Source of the DNA: Pristiophorus japonicus
Lineage: Eukaryota
Assembly: GCF_044704955.1 (NCBI RefSeq)
Contig: NC_091987.1
Coordinates: forward strand, 97,588,001-97,652,000
DNA: 64,000 nt
Direction: 5' to 3'
The translations under genes and the position numbers were made by a program. Under the pieces are notes generated by a model. That model was given only the letters and a program-made list of their open reading frames with translations, had not been told where the DNA came from and made no database searches. Below are positions 49,157 to 60,869 of this stretch, piece after piece (the first letter of the stretch is position 1; every line of letters begins with the position of its first letter).

Positions 49157-50554
49157 TGTCATGTATCTTACATTATTATATATAACTGTATCCTAACATG
49201 CTATACATGACTGTAATAAGATATGACCTGTAACCACCAGCATACCTTACCACCAGGGGTGCACTTGCAAGAGACAGGTATATAAGGACAGGTCTCAGGC
49301 AAGTGCAGATTCCAGAGCTGTGAAATAAAGGTGCAGGTCCAGAGTGACCTTGACTTCACGACATAAGAACATAAGAACATAACATAAGAATTAGGAACAG
49401 GAGTAGGCCACCTAGCCCCTCGAGCCTGCTCCGCCATTCAAAAAGATCATGGCTGATCTGGCCGTGGACTCAGCTCCACTTACCCGCCCGCTCCACATAC
49501 CCCTTAATTCCCTTATTGGTTAAAAATTTATCTATCTGTGATTTGAAAACATTCAATGAGCTAGCCTCAACTGCTTCCTTGGGCAGAGAATTCCACAGAT
49601 TCACAACCCTCTGGGAGAAGAAATTCCTTCTCAACTCGGTTTTAAATTGGCTCCCCCGTATTTTGAGGCTGTGCCCCCTAGTTCTAGTCTCCCCGACTAG
49701 TGGAAACAACCTCTCTGCCTCTATCTTGTCTATCCCTTTCATTATTTTAAATGTTTCTATAAGATCACCCCTCATCCTTCTGAACTCCAACGAGTAAAGA
49801 CCCAGTCTACTCAATCTATCATCATAAGGTAAGCCCCTCATCTCCGGAATCAGCCTAGTGAATCGTCTCTGTACCCCCTCCAAAGCTAGTATATCCTTCC
49901 TTAAGTAAGGTGACCAAAACTGCATGCAGTACTCCAGGTGCGGCCTCACCAATACCCTGTACAGTTGCAGCAGGACCTCTATGTTTTTGTACTCCATCCC
50001 TCTTGCAATGAAGGCCAACATTCCATTCGCCTTCCTGATTACCTGCTGTACCTGCAAACTAACTTTTTGGGGTTCGTGCACAAGGACCCCCAGGTCCCTC
50101 TGCACCGCAGCATGTTGTAATTTCTCCCTATTCAAATAATATTCCCTTTTACTGTTTTTTTTCCCAAGGTGGATGACCTCACATTTTCCTACATTGTATT
50201 CCATCTGCCAAACCTTAGCCCATTCGCTTAACCTATCTAAATCTCTTTGCAGCCTCTCAGAGCCCTCTACACAACCCGCTTCCCAACTAATCTTTGTGTC
50301 ATCTGCACATTTTGTTACACTACACTCTGTCCCCTCCTCCAGGTCATCTATGTATATTGTAAACAGTTGTGGTCCCAGCACCGATCCCTGTGGTACACCA
50401 CTAACCACCAATTTCCAACCTGAAAAGGACCCATTTATCCCAACTCTCTGCTTTCCGTTAGCCAGCCAATTCTCTATCCATGCTAATACATTTCCGCTGA
50501 CTCCGCATGTGACATGCCTCGTGTGAATCTGTACTGAGGGGACAGGACTTTACA
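49157..50554 (+). mobile_element. Solo LTR (Gypsy-type) split by a CR1 and itself inserted in an older CR1 3' end (about 48895-50630)
   Basis: TGTCATG...TTTACA termini, TATATAA and AATAAA; flanks ATTAC/AGTAC; related to the LTR at 63472. Confidence 0.82.
49365..50510 (-). mobile_element. Young CR1 3' fragment
   Basis: Open 313-aa ORF 49470..50411 (RT C-terminus); ACATAAGA tail repeats; GACAT duplicated at 49360-49364 and 50511-50515. Confidence 0.94.
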
Positions 50555-50629
50555 AGTACAACTACAGAGAAGCCATGATCAAATTGAATGGCAGAGCAGG
50601 CTCGAGAGGCTGAATGGTCTACTCCTGTT

Positions 50630-51497
50630 ACATAGATACATAGAAAATAGGTGCAGGAGTAGGCCATTCGGCCCTTCAAGCCTGCACCACCATTCAATAT
50701 GATCATGGCTGATCATGCAACTTCAGTACCCCATTCCTGCTTCCTCGCCATACCCCTTGATCCCTTTAGCCGTAAGGGCCACATCTAACTCCCTTTTGAA
50801 TATAATCTAATGAACTGGCCTCAATAACTTTCTGTGGTAGAGAATTCTACAGGTTCACAATTCTCTGAGTGAAGAAGTTTCTCCTCATCTCGGTCCTAAA
50901 TGGCTTACCCCTTATCCTTAGACATTGACCCCTGGTTTTGGACTTCCCCAAATCGGGAACATTCTTCCTGCATCTAACCTGTCCAATCCCGTCAGAATTG
51001 TATATGTTTCTATGAGATCCCCTCTCATTCTTCTAAATTCCAGTGATTACAAGCCCGGTCTTTCTTCATATGTCAGTCCTGCCATCCTGGGAATCAGTGT
51101 GGTGAACCTTTGCTGCACTCCCTCAATAGCAAGAATGTCCTTCCTCAGATTAGGAGACCAAAACTGTACACAATATTCAAGGTGTGGCCTCACCAAGGAC
51201 CTGTACAACTGCAGTAAGACCTCCCTGCTTCTATACTCAAAACGTCTCGCTATGAAGGCCAACATGCCATTTGCCTTCTTCACCGCCTGCTGTACCTGTA
51301 TGCCAACTTTCAATGACTGATGTACATGACACCCAGGTCTTGTTGCACCTCCCCTTTTCCTAATCTGTCACCATTCAGATAATATTCTGCCTTCCTGTTT
51401 TTGCCACCAAAGTGGATAACCTCACATTTATCTACATTATACTGCATCTGCCATGCATTTGCCCACTCACCTAACCTGTCCAAGTCACTCTGCAGCA
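50630..51497 (-). mobile_element. CR1 3' fragment about 100 bp downstream of the DNAJC28 stop
   Basis: ORFs 51310..51498 and 51047..51313; tail reverse complement ACATAGATACATAGAAA. Confidence 0.93.
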
Positions 51498-51600
51498 ACT
51501 AATGTGCTTATCTGTATACAATACATTCAGTTATAATTAAAGAGATAAATTAACATTCTGATCACAAAAAATTGCCCATCTTACACTTCTCACTCAATCC

Positions 51601-52692
51601 TTATTTCAGGAAAAGTTTGATCCAATTAAACAGGCTTTTTTTTGTATGTACAGAAGTGCCACTTTCCTCAGTTGATTTTCCAGCAACCTCTGCACTGGCC
51701 TTGCTTGCTTCCATTAACACATCATTTTTCTTTAATATGATAGCAAACTCCTTATCTGGGTTGAAGTGCAGCATCTGCCTGTTCAGTAGAGGGACAATTA
51801 AATTGAAACTGTCTACCATTTTATTGAGTTGCTTGATATCAGCTCTGAATTGCTCACACTTCAGATTCCACTGTTTCTGGTTGTGGACAGTCAGTGACTC
51901 GCCAAGCTTTTTCCTATAACCCACCATATCATTTCTGAGTTGCTCTATGGTTTGCGTTATTTCTTTCTGCCGGACAATCCATTCTGGTTGATATCCATTC
52001 TCTAGGAGTATCCTGTTCAGATTATGAGTCATGGGGTCAATATATGGATACTGCGAAAACTTTTGCAGTGGCTTCCCTTTACCACTTAGATTGTCAAAAT
52101 CACCTTTGGCCATCGATTCTTGGATGAGATCTTCCACCAATCGTTCCACTGCTTGGGTTATTTTTATTTTCTTGCTCTGCTGGACATCTTTCACCATCAT
52201 GATATTGTCGAAATCCTGGTCTAGCAATCTCTGTTTTCTGTAGTCCAGCACCTGCTCATTTGCACGGTTGACTCTGAATGTTCTGTACTGTTTCTCTCTT
52301 TGACTTGGCGCCCCACTGCCAATGCCTTCAAAGGTAAGATACTGTCTGTGTTGAGGTGCCGTGTACTTGAATTGTTCTTCTTCATCATCATCATCATCCA
52401 ATCTTCCATCAGACCCTGCCTTTCTTTTCTCAGCTAAATGTTTGACAACAGCCTTGTAAGCTTCTTCCACCTGAATGAATTTTCGAGCATTTGCTCCAAC
52501 TGAATCACGATCTGGATGATACAACTTTACTAACTTGATATAGGCTTCCTTCGCTTCGTCGTGGTTGCAGCTTTCCTGCACATTCAGCAAGCTGTAACAG
52601 TCCTGGAGGCTTTTGCTCATTGCCTTGTAACCCGAGAGCATCCTAGCACTTCGACTGCAAGTCACAACCCAACTCCTCTTTGCTGTTAGCAT
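51601..52692 (-). CDS. DNAJC28: DnaJ homolog subfamily C member 28 (single coding exon, 363 aa from the first in-exon ATG)
   Basis: J-domain with HPD (LVKLYHPD); PQHRQYLTFEG; conserved ERLVEDLIQESMAKGDFDNLSGKGKPL...IDPMTHNLNRILLENGYQPEWI; lies between TMEM50B and GART. Confidence 0.97.
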   Translation of the reverse strand: MLTAKRSWVVTCSRSARMLSGYKAMSKSLQDCYSLLNVQESCNHDEAKEAYIKLVKLYHPDRDSVGANARKFIQVEEAYKAVVKHLAEKRKAGSDGRLDDDDDEEEQFKYTAPQHRQYLTFEGIGSGAPSQREKQYRTFRVNRANEQVLDYRKQRLLDQDFDNIMMVKDVQQSKKIKITQAVERLVEDLIQESMAKGDFDNLSGKGKPLQKFSQYPYIDPMTHNLNRILLENGYQPEWIVRQKEITQTIEQLRNDMVGYRKKLGESLTVHNQKQWNLKCEQFRADIKQLNKMVDSFNLIVPLLNRQMLHFNPDKEFAIILKKNDVLMEASKASAEVAGKSTEESGTSVHTKKSLFNWIKLFLK

Positions 52693-53030
52693 GTTCTCCC
52701 CGCAGTGACGCCTTATACAGGAATGACAAGCACAGAAGGAACCACTTACTTGTGCGCGACCTGGAATTTAATACCTTTGGTATTACAAAAATACTAAATT
52801 CCTTTCTGGGATTTACAAAACAGAATTGAGTGGAGTTGCATTTTGCACCAGGAATTAATGCAACTTGTCTTTCAGATTTAAAAAAAAATAAGAATTTGTT
52901 GCCCTCTTCCAAAAAGTATTCAGCAGATATTAAGAAAATGTGTCCGGAAACTCAGTGACTGTAAAAGCGGACCCAGCAACCTCCTCAGGTCCTTCCCCTC
53001 AGATAGGAGCCATTGTCTGTTGTGCAAAGT

Positions 53031-53050
53031 GGATCCTGGGAGCTGTAGTT
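53031..53050 (-). promoter_or_regulatory. ZNF143/Staf-type element (ACTACA...TCCCAG) in the probable DNAJC28 promoter
   Basis: Minus strand AACTACAGCTCCCAGGATCC matches ACTACANNTCCCAGNATGC, about 340 bp upstream of the DNAJC28 ATG. Confidence 0.65.
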
Positions 53051-54327
53051 TTATTCTTCAAAACTTTCCCCCAAAAAACTCCAGGGAACAGCGCTCCCAA
53101 GTGGGCGAAACAGTGATGTGATTCAGCCAAGTAAAACTGTTCGCTTTAGAATTTAAGACATTCCAGAACGGTGCTATTTAAGTTTAAAAAAACGTTTAAA
53201 AATGAAAACCACTTTGTCAATCGCTTGTTTGCCAGTTTATCGTTTTGTCTAGGTCGAAAGAATCAGTACAAACAATATATTTGTTTAAAAAACGGCAGGG
53301 AATGTTTGCAATATAATAAAAGACACAAGAACAAATACAAAAGTGTTACCATTTCAAAAATCAATTCAAATTATATCAAAATAATATTTGGAAAGGGGCC
53401 AAGCTCACTGCACCAATCCCCCCCTCCCCCAGTGCATTGCACTTTTTTAGTAAAAACCAACAACCAGTGTTGCTGTTCAGAAGCTGAGGTTTGACTGGAC
53501 TGTGAGGTTTGCAGTAGCTGAAGAAAGCAAAAGAAAATGAAACATTGCCTAAAGCAGCCTGTGCTGGTCCAAGATGCTAATCGTAGAAGAATCATACAAC
53601 ACAGAAGAAGGAGGTCATCGTGGCTGTGTCAGCTCTTTGAAAGAGCTATCCAAATAGTCCCACTCTCCTGCTCTTTCCCCCATAGCCTTGCAGATCTCTC
53701 CTTTTCAATTATATATTCCCCTTTTCAGTTCTACATATCCACCCCAAAGAAATCAACACTAAACATTTCAGAAATCAACACTAAACATTTCAAACTCAAA
53801 ACTGAAATTCCACCATTCTAAACTGAGCACATTGTCCTATTACTGAGGCTCAGTGGATAGCACCCTCGCCTCTGAGTCAGAAATTTGTAGGTTGGAATCC
53901 CACTCCAGGGACTGGAGCACACAAATCTAGGCTAACACTCCAGTGCAGTGTTGAGGGAGCGCTGCACTGTCCGAGATGTTGTCTTTCAGATGAGATGTTA
54001 AACCGAGGCCCTGTCTGCTCTCTCAGGTGGATGTAAAAGATCCCATGGCACTATTTCTAAGAGTAGGGGAGTTATCCCTGGTGACCTGGCCAATGTTTAT
54101 CCCTCAATCAACATAACAAAAACTAATTATCTGGTCATTATCACTGTATTAGAGATCCCCCTAGTGGACTACTGCTCCACCTCATGCACTACTGATGTAA
54201 TGCAACTACTGATATAAATAATAAAAGGGTCATGTGGCAAGGTCACATGATGACAATTTCTGTTAAGTTGTTAAGAGCCATCTTGTGTGTGTGTGCGCCT
54301 TACTGATGCCGTAAGAATATATCACAT

Positions 54328-54346
54328 TGGTGACGAGGATAGGATT
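54328..54346 (+). other. Primer-binding site, tRNA-Ser(GCU)-like
   Basis: TGGTGACGAGGATAGGATT starts 1 nt after the LTR's terminal CA and is close to the complement of the tRNA-Ser(GCU) 3' end (TGGCGACGAGGATGGGATT). Confidence 0.7.
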
Positions 54347-54380
54347 TCTGGATTCCCTAGCTGAAATTTTTGTTGGTGGA

Positions 54381-55012
54381 TGTAGTGGAGTATTTGAAAT
54401 AAACACTGGACACCAGGTCCGTGTTCGAAGATTCAAGCAGTCTTTATTCTCACCGGTGGGGAGGTGACCTGCTATGGGCCTAGCCAGGTCACTGTCCAAC
54501 GATACGTATTGTCAAACAACCTTTTATACACTTAATCATACATGCTCAGCCTCATGCACAATCCCTTGACACAATTTAATTAGCCTAAAGCCCACGTGCA
54601 GAGTGGCTGATTGGTTACTTCCCTTCCACGTCACATAATCACTTGCCTATGTTTTATGCCTAGCTCGTGCAACATTAAGGTACCGCCTCCATTACCGAAG
54701 AAGCGTATGACTGATATGACCACAATCTGTTGTTGCTACTATGACCCTTGCTGAGGCCAGATGATATCCTGTTAACATTTCACTTCTACCCCATTGTTCT
54801 GCTTTCCTGCCCTCCTAGGCCCCCATGGTTCAATCTCCAAGTCACACAGCTCACATCCGTTGGTCAAAGTCGACATGTTATTCCTAACGTTAGCTCAACT
54901 GCCCATTCAGCCACCTAAAAAGCTGACCACTGCAAAAGCCTATTAGCTCATTTAAGTCCTGAAACCCATTCTTAACCCTTTAATTATAGCACAGCCCGAA
55001 AGCCCCACTTTT
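54381..55012 (-). mobile_element. Solo LTR of a different family inserted in the Gypsy leader
   Basis: GTGGA duplicated at 54376-54380 and 55013-55017. The minus strand has CCAAT (54614-54610), TATAAAAG (54528-54521) and AATAAA (54448-54443) and ends CCACTACA; the start is degenerate. Confidence 0.65.
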
Positions 55013-55948
55013 GTGGATGTTCCTGCCAACCAACAGAGAGACCTTGAGAGGTTCTTTGTTTTGCAGAACAGCTAAAAATCCAAAGTAAATTATAAGCACA
55101 TTTGGCTGATCTGTCAACGTCACCAGAGTCCAGATGGCCTTGCCTATGGGAATAATAGGGAGCTTGGGTGAGTTCCATAGTGACCGAGAGACTTTCGAAG
55201 TGTATGTGGAGTGGCTAGAAATGTTTTACATCGCGAATAGTATCGTCCAAGTCCCCAATGATGAAAATCATAACTGTGTGGTTTTAGAAAGAAAATGGTC
55301 TATTTTCTTGAGGTGTATGAAACCCTGAAAAATATGATTGTTCCTGTCAAGCCAAAGGATACACCACTGATGGAGATTCTGTACTATAGTCCTGAGCCCC
55401 TGGAAATTGCTAAAAGTTACTATTTTGGAAAATGAAATCAATTAACTGATGAGGGTATCAGTGAGAACATTGTAGCTTTAAAACAGCTATCCATTCACTG
55501 TCATTTCAGAAACTTTCAGGACCAGGCATTGCATGACCGCTTTGTTTGTGGGATGAAAAATGAAGCAATTAGAAGGAAGTTGTTGACAACACTAACTTGA
55601 TTTTTGATTTCGCTTGTCAGACAGCTATGTCGATGGATATGGCCGACCAATACTCTGGAGAACTTTGCACCATTTCCAGTTGTCAGAGAACTGAGGTGAA
55701 TCACCTGAAGGTTAAAAGTAAAAGGTAGTTGGGCTTCAAGGCATCAGGACTGGCCAAGGTAACAGCGCATTGAAGTCGTGCTATCAGTGTCTGGGACAAC
55801 AGCCTTCATATGTGAAGGCAGAGTGTTTCATCTGCAAGAAAACTAGGCATCTTGCGAAGACATGTCGACTGAAGAATAAACCGATGTTCAATGCTAGAAG
55901 TAGAAATCGCCAGACACTACATAGAATTGAAGAGAAGCAACAGAACAA

Positions 55949-56638
55949 AGTTAGTTTGCAGGTGCAACAGGTAATCAGGAAGGCGAATGGAATGTTGGCC
56001 TTCATTGCGAGAGGGATGGAGTACAAAAGCAGGGAGGTCCTTCTGCAACTGTATAGGGTATTGGTGAGGCCGCACCTGGAGTACTGCGTGCAGTTTTGGT
56101 CACCTTACTTAAGGAAGGATATACTAGCTTTGGAGGGGGTACAGAGACGATTCATTAGGCTGATTCCGGAGATGAGGGGGTTACCTTATGATGATAGATT
56201 GAGTAGACTGGGTCTTTACTCGTTGGAGTTCAGAAGGATGAGGGGTGATCTTATAGAAACATTTAAAATAATGAAAGGGATAGACAAGATAGAGGCAGAG
56301 AGGTTGTTTCCACTGGTCAGGGAGACTCAAACTAGGGGGCATAGCCTCAAAATACAGGGGAGCCAATTTAAAACCAAGTTGAGAAGGAATTTCTTCTCCC
56401 AGAGGGTTGTGAATCTATGGAATTCTCTGCCCAAGGAAGTAGTTGAGGCTAGCTCATTGAATGTATTCAAGTCACAGATAGATAGATTTTTAACCAATAA
56501 GGGAATTAAGGTTATGGGGAGCGGGTGGGTAAGTGGAGCTGAGTCCACGGCCAGATCAGCCATGATCTTGTTGAATGGCGGAGCAGGCTCGAAGGGCTAG
56601 ATGGCCTACTCCTGTTCCTAATTCTTATGTTCTTATGT
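55949..56638 (+). mobile_element. Young CR1 3' fragment inserted in Gypsy gag-pol
   Basis: 7-bp TSD AGAACAA (55942-55948, 56639-56645); nearly the same sequence as the 49365-50510 copy. Confidence 0.94.
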
Positions 56639-57769
56639 AGAACAAGGAGGTTTTGGAGATACACATCATTAGGAGCACGAGGGTATCTAACAACGATTCG
56701 CGAGTAGACGTTGCAGGAACCAGGATACCCATGGAAATCAACATGTGCATCTGTGAGCGTAGTACTGGAATCGCTATATCTCGACAAGTTGAGTGATTTT
56801 CCACTGGCTTCCAGTGGTAGGATGTATTACCATACCAGTGAAATATAAGGATCAGTTTCAGAGCTTGCCTCTCAGTCGTGGCAGGAGACAAGCCTGCCTT
56901 TATAGGTAGAAATTGGTTGGGATCACTAAAGCTAGATTGGAATGAGATTTTTCGTGTGGAAATGAAATTATCATCGAAAGATGACATCATCAAGCAGTAT
57001 CTGAAGGTTTTCTGCAAAATAGGCAGTTCGATACAAGACTCCAAGGCGAGTGTCAGAGTGCAGAAGAACGCAAGACCAGTTTACTGCAAGCCATGTCCCG
57101 TACCATACGCATTTGAGGAGAAAGTTGAGCAAGAACTCAAAAGACTAGAGACTGAGAACATTATCGCTAAGAAGTGTTCTATTTTTCATACATTGATGAG
57201 CTGCCAGTCACAGCTGAAGAGATTGGTAGAGCAACCAAATGTGACCCAGTTATGTCAAACTTGTATGATTATATAGTAAATGGCTGGCCAAACCATGTAT
57301 CAGAGGAAGATATTCATCCATACTTTGTTCATAGGAATGAATTATCAGTGGATAAAGATTGTATCATGTGGGGTGATGTCGTAAGAATATATCACAATCA
57401 CATTGCTGTTTGTGGGAGCTTGCTGTGCGCAAATTGGCTGCCGCGTTTCCTATATTACAACAGTGACCACAGTCCAAAAAGTACTTAATTAGCTGTAAAG
57501 TGCTTTGAGATGTCTGGTGGTCGTGAAAGGCGCTATATAAATGCAAGTCTGTTTTTGCATATTGTCCCTGTAACATGCCAGTGAGTTAGCTGGCGCTCAG
57601 CTCTGCACTCTGGGCATACACAGAGCAAAGTGCAAACTACAAGCCCCACAATTCATTCTGCTCATAACCAAGTCCTGTTTTTAAAAACATAAATTAACAA
57701 TAACGCAAACGTTAGTTTTTATTCGGCATGTTTCAGTTAATTCAGATTACAATGCTCATTCAACCAAAA

Positions 57770-58012
57770 AAAAAATGCCAGGGCGCTCAATAGTATTCTG
57801 GTTGGTGCTTCCACGTCGAGCGAAACCTCCCACTTTTCAGGTTCAGGCGCTGATGATTCGCTGTGTGTTACAAATTTCAGTAAATCCACTGCCCTCTCCG
57901 GCAACGCTCTGCAGTGCCATTTGTGTGAGTATATAAATCTCATGCTTTTAGTCGCTTGGATTCCTGTTGCAGCACGTGTCTGTTTCTGAGTTTCTAACAT
58001 CTGTAGGTGAGG
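57770..58012 (+). promoter_or_regulatory. GART: Candidate GART promoter / non-coding first exon
   Basis: Unique, locally CpG-enriched sequence; GCCATTT (YY1-like); donors GTGAGT (57925) and GTGAGG (58007); E-box CACGTG (57973-57978). Assignment is an inference. Confidence 0.4.
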
Positions 58013-59009
58013 TTGCAAACTTGCACCATCTGATTTTAATGTATTTCTTTCCTCTTCCCCCGAATTGACCAGCGTGAATAGCCAGCAGTGATGCAGCCTG
58101 TGTAAGGTTGGTCGGCAATCAGCAAACTGAGCACAGAGCTTGGGGGTGGTTTGCTGTTTTGCATGGCGCCTTTACCCGTCCTGCAGTGTTATAATCATGC
58201 TAGGGTCCTTGTTGGTAATCATCTAGCCAGTGGAATCCTGTAATAGGAAAGTTTTAAAATGAATGGAAAAGTTGCAGCAGCACAGATTCGCTAGGGTGCT
58301 TACCGGAGATGAGGGGTTGCAGTTAATGATAATTTAGGATATTTTTCACAAGAGTTGTGAAGATTTAGGTGGTCTGATTTAGTTTTAAAAGGTCTTCAAT
58401 GTTATGGTAAAGTATACCGTGATAATGTTTCTACTAGTTAGTGACGTGAGTAACGGGTATTTAAGATGATTAAAAATAATTGAATGGGAGATTCAAAATT
58501 AATTGCGTAGAGTGGTTAGAATGGAGAATTCTCTGCCAAAGATTGGTGAAGCAGAGTCCATAAATTGTTTTGAAAAGAGAATTTGATAGCTTATTTCCCC
58601 TCGCCCACCAAGCCAAATCTCCCACAAGGCTACCCCTGCTCTAGCCATGAACCTTTAGTTTATTCTCCCTTAAGGTATTTCTGAAGGCTACACAATCCAC
58701 CTTGCCGCCTTATACAAATAAAATTCTCTTCACAATTTCCAAAATACCAGTTTCCTAGGATTCGATCTGGATGCCACTCTTACAACGTGAGGTTGCAACA
58801 ATCAGTTCTACTCGAATTTACCCAAAAAACATAAGTATCTTTCAGGTACACAGATACTCCAAAACTGTACTCAACATGTGCACTTGTTAGCCAAAGTAAC
58901 TTTGAACGCATTAAGAACTGAAAAAGACCATTTCTTTGACTTTTTTGGTGAACATTTTAAATATACTCAAAATTTGGTGGCTATAAACTGCATATAATCC
59001 ACGAGCCCT

Positions 59010-59335
59010 GCACTCCATGGCCTTGCCCCTCCCTATCTCAGTAACCTGCCCCAACTATACAACTCACCAAGAATTATGCCTTCCTCCAATTTTGATCTTT
59101 TGTGCATCCTGCTTTCCTTCGCCCCTTCCATTGGTGGCTGTGCCTTCAGGTGTCTAGGCCCTAAGAGCTGGAATTCCCTCCCTACATCTCTCCTTTGATG
59201 TTTTTTAAAACATACCTCTTTGACCAAACTTTTGGTCCTGTCCTAATGTCTCCTTATGTGGCTTAGTGTCCAATTGTGTTACTACTGGATGTTTTACTAT
59301 GTTAAAGGTTCTATAAGAATGCAAGTTATTGTTGT
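59010..59335 (+). mobile_element. L2 3' fragment
   Basis: CTCCATGGCCTTGCCCCTCCCTATCTC...CTGGAATTCCCTCCC...GCAAGTTATTGTTG, like the other L2 ends in the window. Confidence 0.8.
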
Positions 59336-60010
59336 TTGGGAACTTGTAATGTTATGCAAATGTATTTTTTTCAAATAATTTTTACTTGGCAGATTGAAAG
59401 AACTGTAAAATTAGTAATTCTGCAAACAACTATGGCAATTAATGCTCATACTCTGTACAGGCAAGGTTAGCACAGTGAAGCTTGATTGAATGAAGGAGCC
59501 ATTATGCAGCAAGTGTCATATTGATGGTGTACTGTTGGCCCAAATTCTGATTCACTTATTCTATTTTTAAACCTGGTCCTAGTTTGAAGTTGGAACTGCG
59601 TTCTCTGTTGAGGGGCCCAGCGGATACAGGTTAATGGAAGTCACTGAGATTGTGGTAGTGGGGATCTTGAACTCTTGTGTGCTGGTTCATGCATTACATA
59701 AATAGGTAGACAGTTATCCTCCAGGCCTCTGACCATGCTGTTCTACAACCATTCATGAGATGTATAGCAGCAATGTTAGAGTACAGTTAAACTGCAATTT
59801 GTGTGTTGCTGTGAAGCGAAGACCTTGCAGAAATGACTATAACTCCAGTGTCTGACCCTGACCTAACTCTGGAGTCCAGTGGTGTGTCATTATTTTTTTT
59901 CCCTAGAAGAGGCAGCCTCACCATGGGTTACCCAGGTGTGGTATTCAGCAGAGTTGAAGAGGTGCTGAGAGACTAATAGAATAACTATTATGAAATCAAA
60001 CAGAGCTTAT

Positions 60011-60522
60011 TTCTCGCTCAGGCCAACATCCCCAGCATTGAAACACTGATCACGTTCAACCAGCTCCGTTGGGCGGGCCACATCGTCCGCATGCCCGACA
60101 CGAGACTCCCAAAGCAAGCACTCTACTCTGAACTCCTACACGGCAAGCGAGCCCCAGATGGGCAGAGGAAACATTTCAAGGACACCCTCAAAGCCTCCTT
60201 GATAAAGTGCAACATCCCCACCGCACCTGGGAATCCCTGGCCCAAGACTGCCCTAAGTGGAGGAAGAGCATCTGGGAAGGCGTTGAGCACCTTGAGTCTC
60301 ATCGCCGAGAGCATGCAGAAATCAAGCACAGACAGTGGAAGGAGCGAGCGGCAAACCAGACTACCCACCCACCCTTTGCTTCAACCACTGTCTGTCCCAC
60401 CTGTGACAGAGACTGTAATTCCCGTATTGGACTGTACAATCACCTGAGAACTCACTTTTGGAGTGGAACCAAGCCTTCCTCGATTTTGAGGGACTGCCTA
60501 TGATGATGATGATGATGATGAT
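60011..60522 (+). mobile_element. RTE LINE 3' fragment
   Basis: MPDTRLPKQALYSELLHG and CPTCDRDCNSRIGLYNHLRTH; (ATG)n tail. Confidence 0.92.
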
Positions 60523-60869
60523 TTTGAATATTATGGGAAAGTGAATGCTTCTACCTGGGCTCTGAAAATGTTTAATGTTAATCAGATGGGAGCAGAGATC
60601 TGCGTGTGTGTGCTGTAAGATTTGCTGCCAGGTAGTATAAATCAAGTACAGGTACCGTCAATGTGAATGCATATCTCCAGTACAGTGTAACTGCAGCCCA
60701 AAGTGACTCTTAGTCCAGTTTGCTTTTACTTTCTTTGCTGATGTCTTATAACCATATGGCAGAGTTTGGTAATCTTGTGGGGGAATCATTAGTGTGATTA
60801 TTCATCTTGCCATTCCAGTGTTAAATCTGGGTGACTCCAGTAGGGAAAAAAAACACCACCACATTTTTA

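Larger units (their letters stand above)
54145..57396 (+). mobile_element. Gypsy/Ty3 LTR retrotransposon, internally deleted
   Basis: 182-bp 5' LTR 54145-54326; primer-binding site (PBS); gag from 55134; zinc knuckle CFICKKTRHLAKTC; pol remnants (FIGRNWL, PVPYA, GWP). Only 23 bp of the 3' LTR remain (57374-57396). TSD ATCAC (54140-54144, 57397-57401). Confidence 0.9.
53845..57550 (+). mobile_element. Deu-domain tRNA SINE split by a Gypsy element (53845-54144 and 57397-57550)
   Basis: A box GGCTCAGTGGA, B-box-like GGTTGGAATCC and Deu block; resumes ATCACATTGCTGTTTGTGGG... to the tail GCTATATAAATGCAAGT. Confidence 0.85.
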
